A stretch of 64,000 nt of DNA from Octopus vulgaris (GCA_951406725.2 OX597816.1:30194001-30258000); one strand, 5' to 3'; numbered from the stretch's first letter, positions 40,836 to 54,234 are shown. The notes: generated from the sequence alone by a model not told the origin. Program-made: numbers and translations.

Positions 40836-40870
<35 letters not shown>

Positions 40871-41147
40871 TTGAGGAAAATGAAAGAGATGAAGAATCTT
40901 CAATTAGAGAAACTGTGCTTTCATTTTTGTATATTTACTAGACAGTATTTTCTATAACTTGTTTGTGTAATGAAATTGAAGTATAATTCTTTAAATATTA
41001 TATCCTTACCCAATGAACGAAACTGTTATTTTTTAAAAATTTTATCATTTCTTTTTCTACCAAGGCGGCTCTCGTCTCTGTAACTCAGAGTTAAAGGTGT
41101 AGTCACAAACAACCTGTCTTTTCTATAATTTTTCCAACATACTTTTA

Positions 41148-41240
41148 CCGCAAATCCTCGAGTATAATCCGCATTTTTCCCCAAAAAATCTAAATGTCAA
41201 AATCTCTAGTGCGTATTATATACGAGGTTAAAAATGAAAA
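41148..41240 (+). mobile_element. pogo/Tc2-like DNA transposon terminal fragment
   Basis: TA|ccgcaaatcctcgagtataatccgca with a subterminal inverted copy tgcgtattatatacgagg. Confidence 0.5.
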
Positions 41241-41840
41241 TGAAAATGAAAGTTTCACAATCCAGTTTGTTGAACAGTTTCGACGGTTTATTAATCAAAG
41301 CCGTCCGATGAACAAGAACGTGAAACGCTGAGTAACTGTTCTGTGAATATTTTGCAGATTTTATCAGTTTATAGTTCAGCTATTTTCGGAGAAGCGTCAA
41401 TAAAAATAGGCAGACGTACACGCGCATGCATACACACACATTTATGTATGTGTGTGCGTGCACATTTGTGTATGCACGAAGGATAATTACGTAAGGTGCT
41501 GCGTAGCAGGACAGAACCAGTGGTTAAGAAACAAACTTCTTAAACATAGAGCCAAGCTTTTGCCTATTCATAACGGGAACATGTCAGAGAGCTGTATACC
41601 ATGTATTGATTCCAAAGTTAGTCTTCTTTATAATCTTCAACACGTGCACGCAAGCATACTTACACACATGTTTACAGGCACGTGTGCATGTAACTGTATT
41701 TGGGTGTGAGTGCATATTAGGTCATAGCGTGTAATAATAGGGAGGGATTGTGTACGTGTCAACAGGTATAATTACCTGTGAAACAAATAGCCGAATACCT
41801 GGCGAAATTTCTACCCTCCATCGTAATGTGGTCAAGACAC

Positions 41841-42081
41841 TTTCTTTTATTCTTTTACTTGTTTCAGTCATCTAACTGCGGCCATACTGGAGCACCACCT
41901 TAGCGGGTGTTACTCGTTGAAATCGATCCCAAGACTTATTTTTGTAAGCCTAGAATTATTCCATCGGTTCTTTTGCCGAACCTCTAAGTTACGGGAACAT
42001 AAACACACCAGCAACAATTGTTAAGTGATGACCGGTGGACAAACACAGATACACACGCAAATACATACATACATACATACA

Positions 42082-42127
<46 letters not shown>

Positions 42128-42291
42128 CGACGGACTTCTTCCAGTTGCCCTCTGCCAAATCCACTCACAAGGCTTTGGTAGGCCCGAAGCTATAGTAGAA
42201 GTCACTTACCCAAGGTGCTCTGCAGTGGGACTGAACCCAGAGTCTCGTGGTTGGGAAGCAAGCTTCTTGCCACACAGCCACCCCTGCGCCT
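41841..42291 (-). mobile_element. Older SINE family A variant
   Basis: Diverged full-length match. Confidence 0.8.
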
Positions 42292-42689
42292 ATTGTTTAT
42301 TATTCTTCGTGGATGTATCGAAAATTGGCAAGAATTGGACAGAAACAACCTTTCTATTTATACAGTTTCAGACACATTCGCTCACACAAATACATCATCA
42401 TTTCAATCCATTTTAGTTGTTTTGATTTACGCTCTCTAGTGCACACAGACGCGCGCCAGCTACATATTCACTGTAGTGGCTGCCCCCTCGTTATCGAGTA
42501 TGGCCATTGCACGAAGCTTAATCAATGTTGTTATCGTGCAATGCCTATGCAAGAAGATCTTTTTTAAAGTGAGGAAAGGCTGTGCACTGAGTCAATCCCA
42601 CTCACTAAGCAACAGCAGCCATAATCAGAAAAGAAGAATAAGTCAACATCATCGGTAACCACTGAGCCGCAGGTTTTATGTCGGAGTTA

Positions 42690-43200
42690 TTCCAGTTACC
42701 CGAGTTACCTTCTCCTAGAAGGATGCCCTAACAAGGGCTAGGAGTCCTTCACTCCCAATGGTTTAACCGCGCGATCGGGTATTCAGTCCGATTATTTCTA
42801 TGTCTCCGCGCATGATACAGCCTTAAAACATTTATTGGATGGCCGTTGACTCTCAAGTGTTCCTCCGCCCTTTGACGGGTTTTGTTTTTCATCCCGCAGG
42901 GTGTCCAATAAACACCCTCCTCACCAAGCAAGCTTGGTGGGGTTGCCGGTTTAGTCGCCGACGGCCCTACCATGCAACAGGTTGTACTGGGTTACATGTT
43001 ACAAGTAGCACTGGAAAGTGACATACACTCTATTAAAATATCAGGTCACTTCCTGAGCACTACTGGCAATATGTAACTCAGTACAATCTATCGCATGTTC
43101 GGTCGTTGGTGCTAAACCGGCAACCCCTTCAAGCGTGCTTCGCGAGGAAGGTGATTAGGGCACCTTCCGGGATGAAAAGCAAAGTCCACCAAAGTGTAGA
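42690..43200 (-). mobile_element. Probable RTE-clade LINE 5' fragment
   Basis: GC-richer block; gagttaccttctcctag..gcc..caagggct resembles reverse-strand RTE 5' UTRs as I recall them; no intact ORF. Confidence 0.4.
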
Positions 43201-43220
43201 AGAATTTGTAAGAGCCAACG

Positions 43221-43643
43221 GTGGTGGTGGTGATATTAGTAGTAGTAGTGGTGGTGGTGGTAGTGCTGATGGTGGTAGTAGTAGTAGTTGTGTTGGTGAT
43301 GGTAATAGTAGCGTTAGTGGTGGCGGTGATAGTGGTAGTTGTGGTGGTAGTAGTGATGGTGGTGGTGGTGATGGTGGTGGTGGTGATGGTGGTGATAGTA
43401 GTAGTTGTGTTGGTTGTGGTAATGGTAGTGGTGGCGATGATAGTAGTGGTGGTGGTGGTAGTGATGGTGATAGTAGTATTAGTAGTGGTGCTGGTGCTGG
43501 TGAAGATAGTAGTAGTTGTGGTGGTGGTAGTGTTAGTAGTAGTGGTGGTGGATGTGATAGTAGTTGATGTGGTGGTGGTAGTAGTAGTAGTAGTAATAGC
43601 AGTTGTAATAGCAGTAACAGCAGCAGCAGCAGCAGTAGTAGTA

Positions 43644-43688
<45 letters not shown>

Positions 43689-43690
43689 AA
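43221..43690. repeat. (GGT/AGT/GAT)n trinucleotide low-complexity tract
   Basis: Direct inspection; source of the poly-G/S, poly-V and poly-L/P ORFs. Confidence 0.9.
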
Positions 43691-43904
43691 ATAACAACTG
43701 CTGATAGTTTGTTGCTATTTGAACAGATGAGATACATTTTTATACCGTACCTCGTGTCTCAATGGCTAGAAACTATTAACAGCTCTAATTTAGTGTTCAT
43801 TAAATGGTATAAGAAATTCATTAAATGGTATTTATCCTCTCACTGGATGGAGTAATTTTCTTTTTGTTGATCTTACCTTAACGGCACAATAAACAATACA
43901 CATC

Positions 43905-44319
43905 TATTTCTTTACTACCCACAAGGGGCCAAACACGGAGGGGACAAACAAGGACAGACAAAGGGATCAAGTCGATTACGTCGACCCCAGTGCGAAACTG
44001 GTACTTAATTTATCGACCCCGAAAGGATGAAAGGCAAAAAGTCGACCTCGGCGAAATTTGAACTCAGAACGTAACGACAGACGAAATACCTATTTCTTTA
44101 CTACCCACAAGGAGCTAAACACAGAGGGGACAAACAAAGACAGACAAACGGATTAAGTCGATTATGTCGACCCCAGTGCGTAACTGGTACTTAAATTTAT
44201 CGACCCCGAAAGGATGAAAGGCAAAGTCGACCTCGGCGGAATTTGAACTCAGAAAATAGCGGCAGACGAAATACCGCTAAGCATTTCGCCCGGCGCGCTA
44301 ACGTTTCTGCCAGCTCGCC
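43905..44319 (-). mobile_element. SINE family B dimer
   Basis: Head plus two units, same junction at ~44090. Confidence 0.9.
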
Positions 44320-44344
44320 ACTCATACACATACACGCGAATACA

Positions 44345-44738
44345 TACTCTCTTTTATCTCTTTTACTTTTTTCAGTCATTTGACTGCGGCCATGCTGGAG
44401 CACCGCCTTTAATCGAGCAACTCGACCCCGGGACTTATTCTTTTGTAAGCCCAGTACTTATTCTATCGGTCTCTTTTGCCGAACCGCTAAGTAACGGGGA
44501 CATGAACACACCAGCATCGGTTGTCAAGCAATGCTAGGGGGACAAACACAGACACACACACGCATATATATATACATATATACGACGGGCTTCTTTCAGT
44601 TTCCGTCTACCAAATCCACTCACAAGGCTTTGGTCGGCCCGAGGCTATAGTAGAAGACACTTACCCAAGGTGCCACGCAGTGGGACTGAACCCGGTACCA
44701 TGTGGTTGGTAAACAAGCTACTAACCACACAGCCACTC
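44345..44738 (-). mobile_element. SINE family A
   Basis: Full-length match. Confidence 0.9.
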
Positions 44739-45106
44739 GAGGTTTCTGTGCAATTCCGTGTTTCAAGTGCTATTCACCTGTTTATTTAATCGATACGCGA
44801 CTGTGATATAAAAAAAAAAAAGCACTCACCCAAAATACGGCGCAATTAAATTGAAAACCGGAACTGTGTGGCCAATGACGTTTCTAGGAAGTCCATTTCC
44901 TTATATGGTTGTGTTTATGTTTATAGGTTTCTTGCCCCTGGCTACTAACACCTTGTTTCAGTTCAAATAAATAGGCTTCCTTTCTCATTCATTGAATACA
45001 TAAGTCAGTCGGTTTATGTTAAAAGATAAATTTAGAACAGCAACAAAATTATATTTCATTATTGCTGTTGTTGTTGTTGTTGTAAAGTAATATATATTTA
45101 GAGACG

Positions 45107-45317
45107 GAAGAAGAAGAAGAAGAAGAAGAAGAAGAAGAAGAAGAAGAAGAAGAAGAAGAAGAAGAAGAAATGGAAAGAAAGGATTAGAAGCTTTAGTTTC
45201 ATTGAAAAAAAAAAATTTAACAGCAGGAGGAGGAGGAGGAAGAAGAAGATGAGGAGGTGGAACATATTAGAAAGAAAGAGGAAGAAAAGAAGACATTGAT
45301 GATGATGATGATGATGG

Positions 45318-45369
<52 letters not shown>

Positions 45370-45370
45370 A

Positions 45371-45408
<38 letters not shown>

Positions 45409-45660
45409 GATGATGATGATGGTGAGGGAAGGAAGGGGACGACGGAGGGAAGAAGCAACAGTAGCAGCAAACAAAACAGCAGCAGCAGCAGAAGAAGAAG
45501 AAGAAGAAGAAGAAGAAGAAGAAGAAGAAGAAGAAGGAGAAGAAGAAGAAGAAAAAGAAGAGGAAGGAGAAGAAGAAGGAGAGGAAAAAGAAGAAGAAGA
45601 AGAAGAAGAAGAAGAAGAAGAAGAAGGAGAAGAGGAAGGAGAAGAAGAAGAAGAAGACAA
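45107..45660. repeat. (GAA)n/(GAT)n/(GGA)n trinucleotide tracts
   Basis: Direct inspection. Confidence 0.9.
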
Positions 45661-45798
45661 AAACAAAAAGAATACGAAATGGATCAAAATGTTAACTTTT
45701 CTATACACACATATACACACATACATATATACACATGTATACATACGTATATTGATATACATTATTTACACTATTTACAATTGACGGATATTTGCCCT

Positions 45799-46009
45799 CA
45801 TCTTGTTTGTTGTTAACACAACGTTTCGGCTGTTATACCCTCCAGCCTTCATCGAGTTTCTTGGGGAAATTTCGAACCTGGGTTCTCATTCCTAAGGTAT
45901 TTTTCGATGTTGTTGTTATTGTTATTATCATTCAGGTCCCTGTCTGGTATCGAACTAGGAATCTTGAATAATAGTAATAATAATAATAATAACAACAACA
46001 ACAACAACA

Positions 46010-46098
<89 letters not shown>

Positions 46099-46214
46099 AA
46101 CAACATCGAAAAATACCTTAGGAATGAGAACCCAGGTTCGAAATTTCCCCAAGACACTCGACGAAGGCTAGAGGGTGTATCAGCCGAAACGTTGTGTTAA
46201 CAACAGACAAGATG
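45799..46214. mobile_element. Inverted pair of ~117-bp Penelope-like terminal repeats, each with a hammerhead-like motif, around an (AAT)(AAC)(TAC)n spacer
   Basis: Arms 45799-45915 and 46098-46214; motif acac-TCGACGA-a ggct..agcc-GAA-ACGT-T-gtgt at 46153-46198 (+) and 45815-45860 (-). Confidence 0.75.
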
Positions 46215-46599
46215 TATATAATGTACATAATTCCTCATCTCTTAAATATAGAACTGTATTCATATGCATACTTTACACGGACACTCAGGTTTCTTCGAAC
46301 CAAAATAGGGTTTATAGTATTTAGTTGTTATCTATTCAGTACTGAGGTCGATCTGACCTCACACTTAAACCCCCACTGAGCCAGTATACGGTCACTGTTC
46401 TAACAGCGCGAGAGCGGAAACAGGGTGTGACTCACTAAACCAATACCCATCAGCGTATGGGGAAACCAGACGGCGAGACAGACTGTTTGGTCACTCCACC
46501 AGTTAGAATTACGAGCCAAATTTCCCTTAAATCACATTATCTCGAACATATCAAGGTTAAATTGATTGATGTAGTACTAGGTATACTATTTACTATTTT

Positions 46600-47035
46600 A
46601 CTATTTTACTATTTTACTTGTTTCAGTCATTTGACTGTGGCCATGCTGGAGCACCGCCTTTCGTCGAGCAAATCGACCCCAGGACTTATTCTTTGTAAGC
46701 CTAGTACTTATTCTATCGGTCGCTTTTGCCGAACCGCTAAGTTACGGTGACGTAAACACACCAGCATCGGTTGTCAAGCGATGTTGGCGGGGGGGGGGGG
46801 ACAAGCACAGACACACAAACATATACACTCACACACACATACATATATATATATGTATATACATATATACGACGGGCTTCTTTCAGTTTTCATCTACCAA
46901 ATCCACTCACAAGGCTTTGGTCGACCCGAGGCTATAATAGAAGACACTTGCCCAAGGTGCCACGCAGTGGGGCTGAACCCGGAACCATGTGTGATTCGTA
47001 AACAAGCTACTTACCACACAGCCACTCCTTCGCCT
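46600..47035 (-). mobile_element. SINE family A
   Basis: Full-length match. Confidence 0.9.
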
Positions 47036-47860
47036 AGAAAAATAAGATGGGATGGCCACGATTGGAGTATGTTGTATCTTGCTCAAAGGCGGGGACCTTA
47101 CCAAAGAGAAGCGAGTTAAATGGAATTAGGTAAAACTATATGCAACGCTGAAATTTTATAAAGTAAGTGGACGAGTTCTCCCTGTAAGAACATAGTCTTG
47201 CTATACTTTATAATTGCACATGCGTTAAATAATCGATGTCACATTCGTTGAAAACATGCGAAATAACCCGGAACCCCCACCCAACGAAACAAAAGTCCGT
47301 TGCTAAGAAACTCAGTTTCCCGGTAACCCAATGGGTTACAAGTAGTCTAGTATATATACATAATATGCATAAACACACATTCATAACTGGTGTCGATTTC
47401 TTCGCTCCTTCAAGGCGGTGCTCCAGCATGGCCACAGTCCAATGACTGCGCGCGTGTATTTATGTACGTATGTTTATATGCATGTATGTGCCAGCGCTTA
47501 GCGTCAGTGGAGAAGGTCATCGGGGAATAAAGCTTTCGCTTACGATTCTAGACACACATACCAACCATTGCAACATAAATTTTCAGTAAGCCATATATCT
47601 TAAATGAATCAGTGATGCAGTTAATTAAATGAAATCTATGTAAGGTCGACAATATTTTATTATTAAGTAGGAATGATGAATGAATTAGTTGAGAAGAGAA
47701 TAAAAGCAATGCAACATTCTTACTACAATTTCAGTCCATTCGCCTTCAAATTCTTCATGGCGCAGCTGTCTTAAAAGAGGATTAAAATTCTGGACAAACT
47801 AATAAACGAATTCTTCGGTATAATACGATATACCATAATGTAATAGTACAGAAACTGGTA

Positions 47861-48255
47861 TACTCTTTTACTTGTTTCAGTCATTTGACTGCGGCCGTGC
47901 TGGAGCACCGCCTTTAATCGAGCCACTCGACCCCGGGATTTATTCTTTGTAAGCCCAGTACTTATTCTATCGGTCTCTTTTGCCGAACCGCTAAGTGACG
48001 GGGACATAAACACACCAGCATCGGTTGTCAAGCAATGCTAGGGAGACAAACACAGACACACAAACATACACGCACACACACATATATATACATATATACG
48101 ACGGGCTTCTTTCAGTTTCCGTCTACCAACCCACTCACAAGGCTTTGGTTGGCCCGAGGCTATAGTAGAAGACACTTACCCAAGGTGCCACGCAGTGGGA
48201 CTGAACCCGGAACAATGTAGTTGGTAAGCAAGCTACTTACCACACAGTCACTCCT
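47861..48255 (-). mobile_element. SINE family A
   Basis: Full-length match. Confidence 0.9.
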
Positions 48256-48289
48256 GTTGACTGTATGGTCATAGAGGAAATATACTTTC

Positions 48290-48727
48290 TGTTAAAGACA
48301 CGACTGAAATTTCGAGGGAGGAGTCTAGTCGATTTTATCAGTCCCAGCGCCCGACTGGTACTTAATTTTTCGACCACGGAAGGGATGAAAGCAAAATCGA
48401 CATCGGCCGGATTTGAACTCAGAACGTACAGACGGACGAAATGCCACCAAGCAATTTTCCCCGACGTGCTAATGATTCCGCCAGCTCTCCGTTTAACTCT
48501 TTACTCTTTTACTCTTTTACTTGTTTCAGTCATTTGACCGCGGCCATGCTGGAGCACCGCCTTTAGTCGAGCAAATCGACCACAGGACTTATTCTTTGGA
48601 AACCTAGTACTTATTCTATCGGTCTCTTTTGCCGACCCGCTAAGTTCCGGGGACGTAAACACACCACCATTGGTTGTCAAGCGATGTTGGGGGGGTGGGA
48701 TGGACAAACACAGACACACAAGTATGT

Positions 48728-48760
<33 letters not shown>

Positions 48761-48947
48761 TATATACATATATACGTATATACAACGGGTTTCTTTCAGT
48801 TTCTGTCTACCAAATCCACTCACAACGCTTTGGTCGGCCCGAGGCTATAATAGAAGACACTTGCCCAAGGTACCACGCAGTGGGAATGAACCCGGTAATA
48901 TGTGGTTGGTAAGCAAGCTACTTACCACACAGCCATTCCTGCGCCTA
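48290..48947 (-). mobile_element. Older SINE B (48290-48490) adjacent to SINE A (48497-48947)
   Basis: Matches to both families. Confidence 0.85.
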
Positions 48948-49656
48948 TGGTTCACAAGAAATATAATTCGTAAAAACGGATCTGTGTCACATGTAGAACT
49001 AAGCCGGGAGCAATACAGCTGCAGCAATAGCAGCAGCGGAAACCTTCTTCTGATACGATTTAAGCATTGAATCTTTATACCATAATTTGATTATTGCACC
49101 TGAAGGTATATTAGTGGAGATTATGGTTAGAAGAGAAGACATTTCATCATTTCATCTAAATCATACCTTGAAATAAAACAGTAACGCGTGTGAGTGTGTC
49201 TGTCTGCCTGTTTCTGGCTATTACCTTCTCTCTTTCTCTCTCCATCTCTCTCTCCCTCTCTCTCTTGCTTCCCCCTCTATCTCTTGACATTTCTTCTGTT
49301 GACTGTCATATCACTTTTATATGTAAAGACAAAAGACAAAAAAAAAACGATAAACGTTGACCTTTTTAAGCCTAGCCAGGCTCATGGGCCTGGGTTCCCG
49401 GTTTCTGTGGCGTATGTGTGAACCTATGTGTTACCCAGCGGGATAGAACCCGAAACCTGGTGATTACGATGTTAACTGTGTATTCACACAGCTATATCTG
49501 CTCCTATATACGCACACACAGAGACACACTCACGCACATACTCATACATACATACACACATACCCATACAAACACAATCACATACATACATACATACATA
49601 CATACATACATACATACATACATACATACATACATACATACATACATGCATACATA

Positions 49657-49872
49657 CGAAGGGGTGCTGAAAAGTTCCAGCTGTTGGGTGAAAGAAAATA
49701 CAAGAGGATCAGTTAATTATGATTTTACTGAATATATTCCCCACTCAGATTCACACACTTACTGCAGCAGTTCTTCAGTTTTTCTAAGCCCCGCAAAAGA
49801 ACAAGGAAGTTTGGGCCTCCAACCAGGCGTTACACGACACCCTTAAAGCCAGGATCTTTTCAGCAACTCTCG
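49657..49872. mobile_element. Mariner-type MITE (~216 bp)
   Basis: TA|cgaaggggtgctgaaaagttcc ... ggatcttttcagcaactctcg|TA imperfect TIRs. Confidence 0.7.
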
Positions 49873-49886
49873 TACATACATATATA

Positions 49887-51161
49887 TTGGTTTGGCAACT
49901 AAGTTACTGCCGTTTTTTTTTAAAATTAAGTATTTTAAATGTTTAATAAAAAATAACAACTAATTAATCAATAATGTATTCACCCTTGTTGTTTACAACT
50001 TCTTCCCAACGTTCAACAAGATTTTCAATACCTCGTTGGTAGAAATCACCCGATTTCGACTCGAAAAATTGATCCAACCAAGCTCTCAATTTTGCATCAG
50101 TATTGAACGAAACTCCGCGCATAGCATTTAAAAGAGATCGAAAGAGGTGGAAATCCGTTGGTACCAAATCAGGAGAGTACGGCGGGTGTGGCAGCACTTC
50201 CCAGCCATGCATTTGAATGGCTTCCTTAGTCATATTGGCGATATGAATGCGGGCGTTGTCGTGCAACAGAAGAACTCTATACTGCCGATTAGGACTTTTC
50301 TCTCGAATAGCCGTGTTGAGTCGTTCCGTCTATTGAACATAGAGTTCCGCGTTGACCGTTTGGTTCCGTTCAAGCAATTCGTAATGGATTATCCCTTCCC
50401 AGTCCCACCTTATGCACAACATCGTTTTACGCGGATGAAGATCTTGTTACACGCGCGGTGTCGCTTGTTTACCAGAGCTAAGCCATACCTTACGCTGCTT
50501 TATATTTGATGTACAGGCACCATTTTTCGTCACCAGTAACGACTCGATAAAGAAATCGTTGCTTGTATCCATGAGTTGAGCGGTGACGAGCAAACAAACC
50601 TGCGGAGATTGTGGCTCGTTGATTTTTTATTTCTGTCACTTAAAGCATGCGGGACCCATGTCCCATACTTCTGAACCTTTCCCATCGTGTGAAGATGCTT
50701 CTCTATAGCTGTGTGGGAGCATTCTACTTGCTCTGCCAGTTTCCTTGTCGTTTGACGAGAATTTTTGTGCAAAAGTTGGTTTAATCGCTCTTCATCGAAC
50801 TCAACTGGACGGCCAGAACGAGGTGCGTCCTTGATGTCAAAATTTCCATTTTTGAACTTGACATACCAATCACGAGCAGTTCTTTCAGCTATGGCACCCT
50901 CTCCGTACACAGCACAAATGTCGCGAGCAGCTTTTGCGGCCTTAGAACCTTGATTAAAAGCAAAAAGGTGTCGAAACGCTCGTTTTTCTTAACTTGACAT
51001 TCCATTTGAATGATCTAAAAATAAACAAAATTTTAAAAAAGAAAAAAAGATTCCAAAATGATCCAAAAATAGAATTCTCGAAAAAAAAAAGATTCCCAAA
51101 TTTAAAAACGCAATAAATTCCAAAATTTGAAAAAACGGCGGGAAATTAGTTGCCAACCCAA
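49887..51161 (-). mobile_element. Full-length (~1275 bp) mariner transposon, mellifera-like, inactive
   Basis: TIRs ttgg(t/g)ttggcaactaa..gccgtttttt, TA at both ends, transposase remnants inside. Confidence 0.95.
49964..51005 (-). pseudogene. Frameshifted DD34D mariner transposase
   Basis: MECQVKKNE.., DAPRSGRP, WVPHAL, VTGDEKW, HDNAR, HPPYSPDLVPTDFHLF motifs spread over several frames. Confidence 0.95.
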
Positions 51162-51386
51162 TACATACAAACAGACAGGCAGACAGACTTATTGCTCACA
51201 ATTGTGTACAGGATGCCGGCCAATTGTATCCCCAAGGCATAATAGCATTTGTTGACACCCCTTAATTAATGAGGTTACTTTGACTGAACATCAACAGATT
51301 AAATTACTTCTGAGAAAGGTTCTAAGAAAGTCTTTACAGCTGATCCTACTTATTAGATATTATTATTGAAAACGATAATAGATTTG

Positions 51387-51424
<38 letters not shown>

Positions 51425-52099
51425 ATCTTCCCATACAGGAATACTGAAGTCTTCTACAAAATTTACTTTATGCAGGTGGGACAATAGGAACTGCCAGCGA
51501 AGTCGATAAAATACGTACCAGTTTAATTCTTAGTTGGGCTTAGTCGGTCTAACCCCAATCCATCTGTTAAATTTCTTGATTTGTGTCTGTTAGAAATCAT
51601 CATCATCATCATCATTAAAGTAGCGAGCTGACAGATACGTTAGGGCGCCAGACAAACTGCTAAGTGACATTTCACACTGATTTTGCCTCACAAATACGTT
51701 AAGGTCACAAGTATCTGAGGAATATTCAAACACATTGCACACTGCATCAATATTTAATGAATAGTTCATTCAGTTGTAACCTGTGGAAACACAGTGTGCG
51801 AAATCGATGTGGAAACCATTCTCTGTAATAAATAAAACTAGTAGTTTTGACGACACGGGGACACTAGTCGATAATTCATTCTAAAAAAATCTTAACCAAT
51901 TATATTATTAATTAATTGCTATTCATTTTAGGGAATTGCTAAATTATAAATATAGAAGAATTTTTGTATAATATTACATTATGTTAGACTTTGTAAGGCG
52001 TGGCCTAGCTTTTGAGGGTTAACTAGCTGTGAAATTGTCTGCGATTCTCATAGGAGATGTGAAGTAACTTGATATCTAAACTTAACCAATGAAAAGATA

Positions 52100-52149
<50 letters not shown>

Positions 52150-52194
52150 TCAATAAATGGTAGGGTTGTGTTGACCGCACGTGGAGAAATGATA

Positions 52195-52513
52195 AGCAAG
52201 GAAAAATTGTAAAAATGCAGAATGCTAAATTGAAAGAAAATTTTTATGCAAATGGGTGTATGGAAAAAGTTTTTGAAAAATTGATAAAATATTTTTTTGC
52301 AAAAAACAATGCAATTTTCTTTTTTGCCCTTTCTCACTTTAAAAAAAATTTTTTTCCTTTACAATTCTTGAAGAGTCACATTATGACGAAAACCGGTTTG
52401 AATTAATATATATTTATATATTTTATCAATTTTTCAAAAACTTTTTCCATACACCCATTTGCATTAAAATTTTCTTTCAATTTAGCATTCTGCATTTTTA
52501 CAATTTTTCCTTG

Positions 52514-52515
<2 letters not shown>
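52195..52515. repeat. 98-bp near-perfect inverted repeat (52195-52292 and 52418-52515)
   Basis: Arms are reverse complements with about one mismatch; element flanked by (TA)n. Confidence 0.9.
52363..52404 (+). ncRNA. Type-I hammerhead ribozyme motif in the inverted-repeat spacer
   Basis: aattc-TTGAAGA-gtca catta tgac-GAA-aaccggtt-T-gaatt: perfect stems I and II, palindromic stem III, C3 to U variant. Confidence 0.75.
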
Positions 52516-52568
<53 letters not shown>

Positions 52569-52972
52569 ATATATATATAATTTCTGTTTCGACAATCGAG
52601 CTCGTTCTGAGGGATGCATAGAGTATTAGATAATGCGGTCAAGTGATAAGCGATGCTCACCCCTCTCATTTGAACTGTTCATTTTTTTACTCTTACATTG
52701 ACCATACATCTTATATGTATATGCACAATAATCCATGTATTTATGTTTGTTTGTGTATGCATATATGTATCATGACTGAACGAAATGTACACCTTCGCTA
52801 ACTTGACGATGATTCCCATTTACAACGATTATGACACGTCTACACTAGGCGAGAGTACAAAAAACACATACATCTGTGCAACCATTAATAACTTAAAGTT
52901 GTATATTTGACGTTAGTCCTGAGTCGACCAAAGACGGAACTGAAGGAAGTCAATACATACACACACATATAT

Positions 52973-53009
<37 letters not shown>

Positions 53010-53012
<3 letters not shown>

Positions 53013-53899
53013 ACTGATGACTGAGGGCTTCGAATGTCCCGTCCTGTGGTTCTTGTGTCGTCTCTGTGGCGTTTCATGTTCTTGTCCATGTCTGTAATTA
53101 TTTTTACTGTTTACCTATATAATCGGCGGCTACGTATCCACAATTGTCCTTATACGATAAGTATATTTTTTTCTCAAGCATTGATACGACTCTTAATCTT
53201 TCTTTCTCTCTCTCTCTCCTCCCTTATTCCCCCTCCTTTCTTGCCCTCTCCATCCGTTTCCCCCCCCCTTCTACGTTTCTCTATCTCTCTCACCTCCAGC
53301 CCCCTCGATCTGTCTCTTTCTTCTCCTCCCTCGTCCACCTTCTCTCTCTTTTCATCTGTCCCTTTCTCTTGTCTTTTGTTCTCACGTGACCGCTGACCGC
53401 TGTTGAGCGCTCTTTTCGTTCCAGCAGCCGTTGAAGCAACACGTACTTGTTCGTCTCCCTGTGGCCATTAGGCACAACTTCATAAGCCAGCCCCATGCTC
53501 AATTCGTCCTGTCGAAAGACCCTTGTCCTACGTCCTGGTTTTGTTTTGTTGTTTATTTTTTATACTTTATTTTTACCGTTATTGTTTTTACGTTTTTGTA
53601 TTCTTATTGTTGTCACGTATTCTGTATTTTTGTTCGTGTACTTCGTTCGTTTTCCGTCCTCGTGTTGTATACATTCGAAGCTTTCTTCCAGGGGATCTAA
53701 TGCACTTGGCTTAGATTTCCCGTGGCGGGCTATATATCGGAGCAATCTCAAGATTAATCAGCCGAAATTGCTAAGATGATCTGGTTCTTGACTGATGACT
53801 GAGGGCTTCGAATGTCTCGTCCTGTGGTTCTTGTGTCGTCTCTGTGGCGTTTCATGTTCTTGTCCATGTCTGTAATTATTTTTACTGTTTACCTATATA
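53010..53899 (+). mobile_element. Non-coding element with ~111-bp terminal direct repeats, inserted in (TA)n
   Basis: 53010-53121 and 53788-53899 differ at one position seen; period 778 bp; no credible ORF. Confidence 0.7.
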
Positions 53900-53951
53900 T
53901 ATATATATATATATATACATATATATATGCATATATATACATATATATATA

Positions 53952-54001
<50 letters not shown>

Positions 54002-54234
54002 CTCCCCCCTATATATATATGCTTCCTTCAGTTTCCGCCATCCAATCCACAGACAACGTCTCTGGTTGGCTCGGTGGTATAATATGAAACACTTGTACTT
54101 GGTGCCATACTGTAGGACTGAACCCAAGATCGCATAGTTGGGTAGCAAGCTTTACAAACACACAGCTATGGCTGTGCCTCTGTGTTTGTATATAAATTTA
54201 TTCACTCGCGCGTATATATACATACGTACGCACA

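Noticed and set aside
43106-43737. Gly/Ser-, Val- and Leu/Pro-rich ORFs of 150-200 aa
   Set aside because: Several frames are open only because of trinucleotide repeats; no splice or domain evidence
45217-45784. Poly-Met/poly-Glu 175-aa ORF
   Set aside because: Translation of (GAT)n/(GAA)n microsatellites
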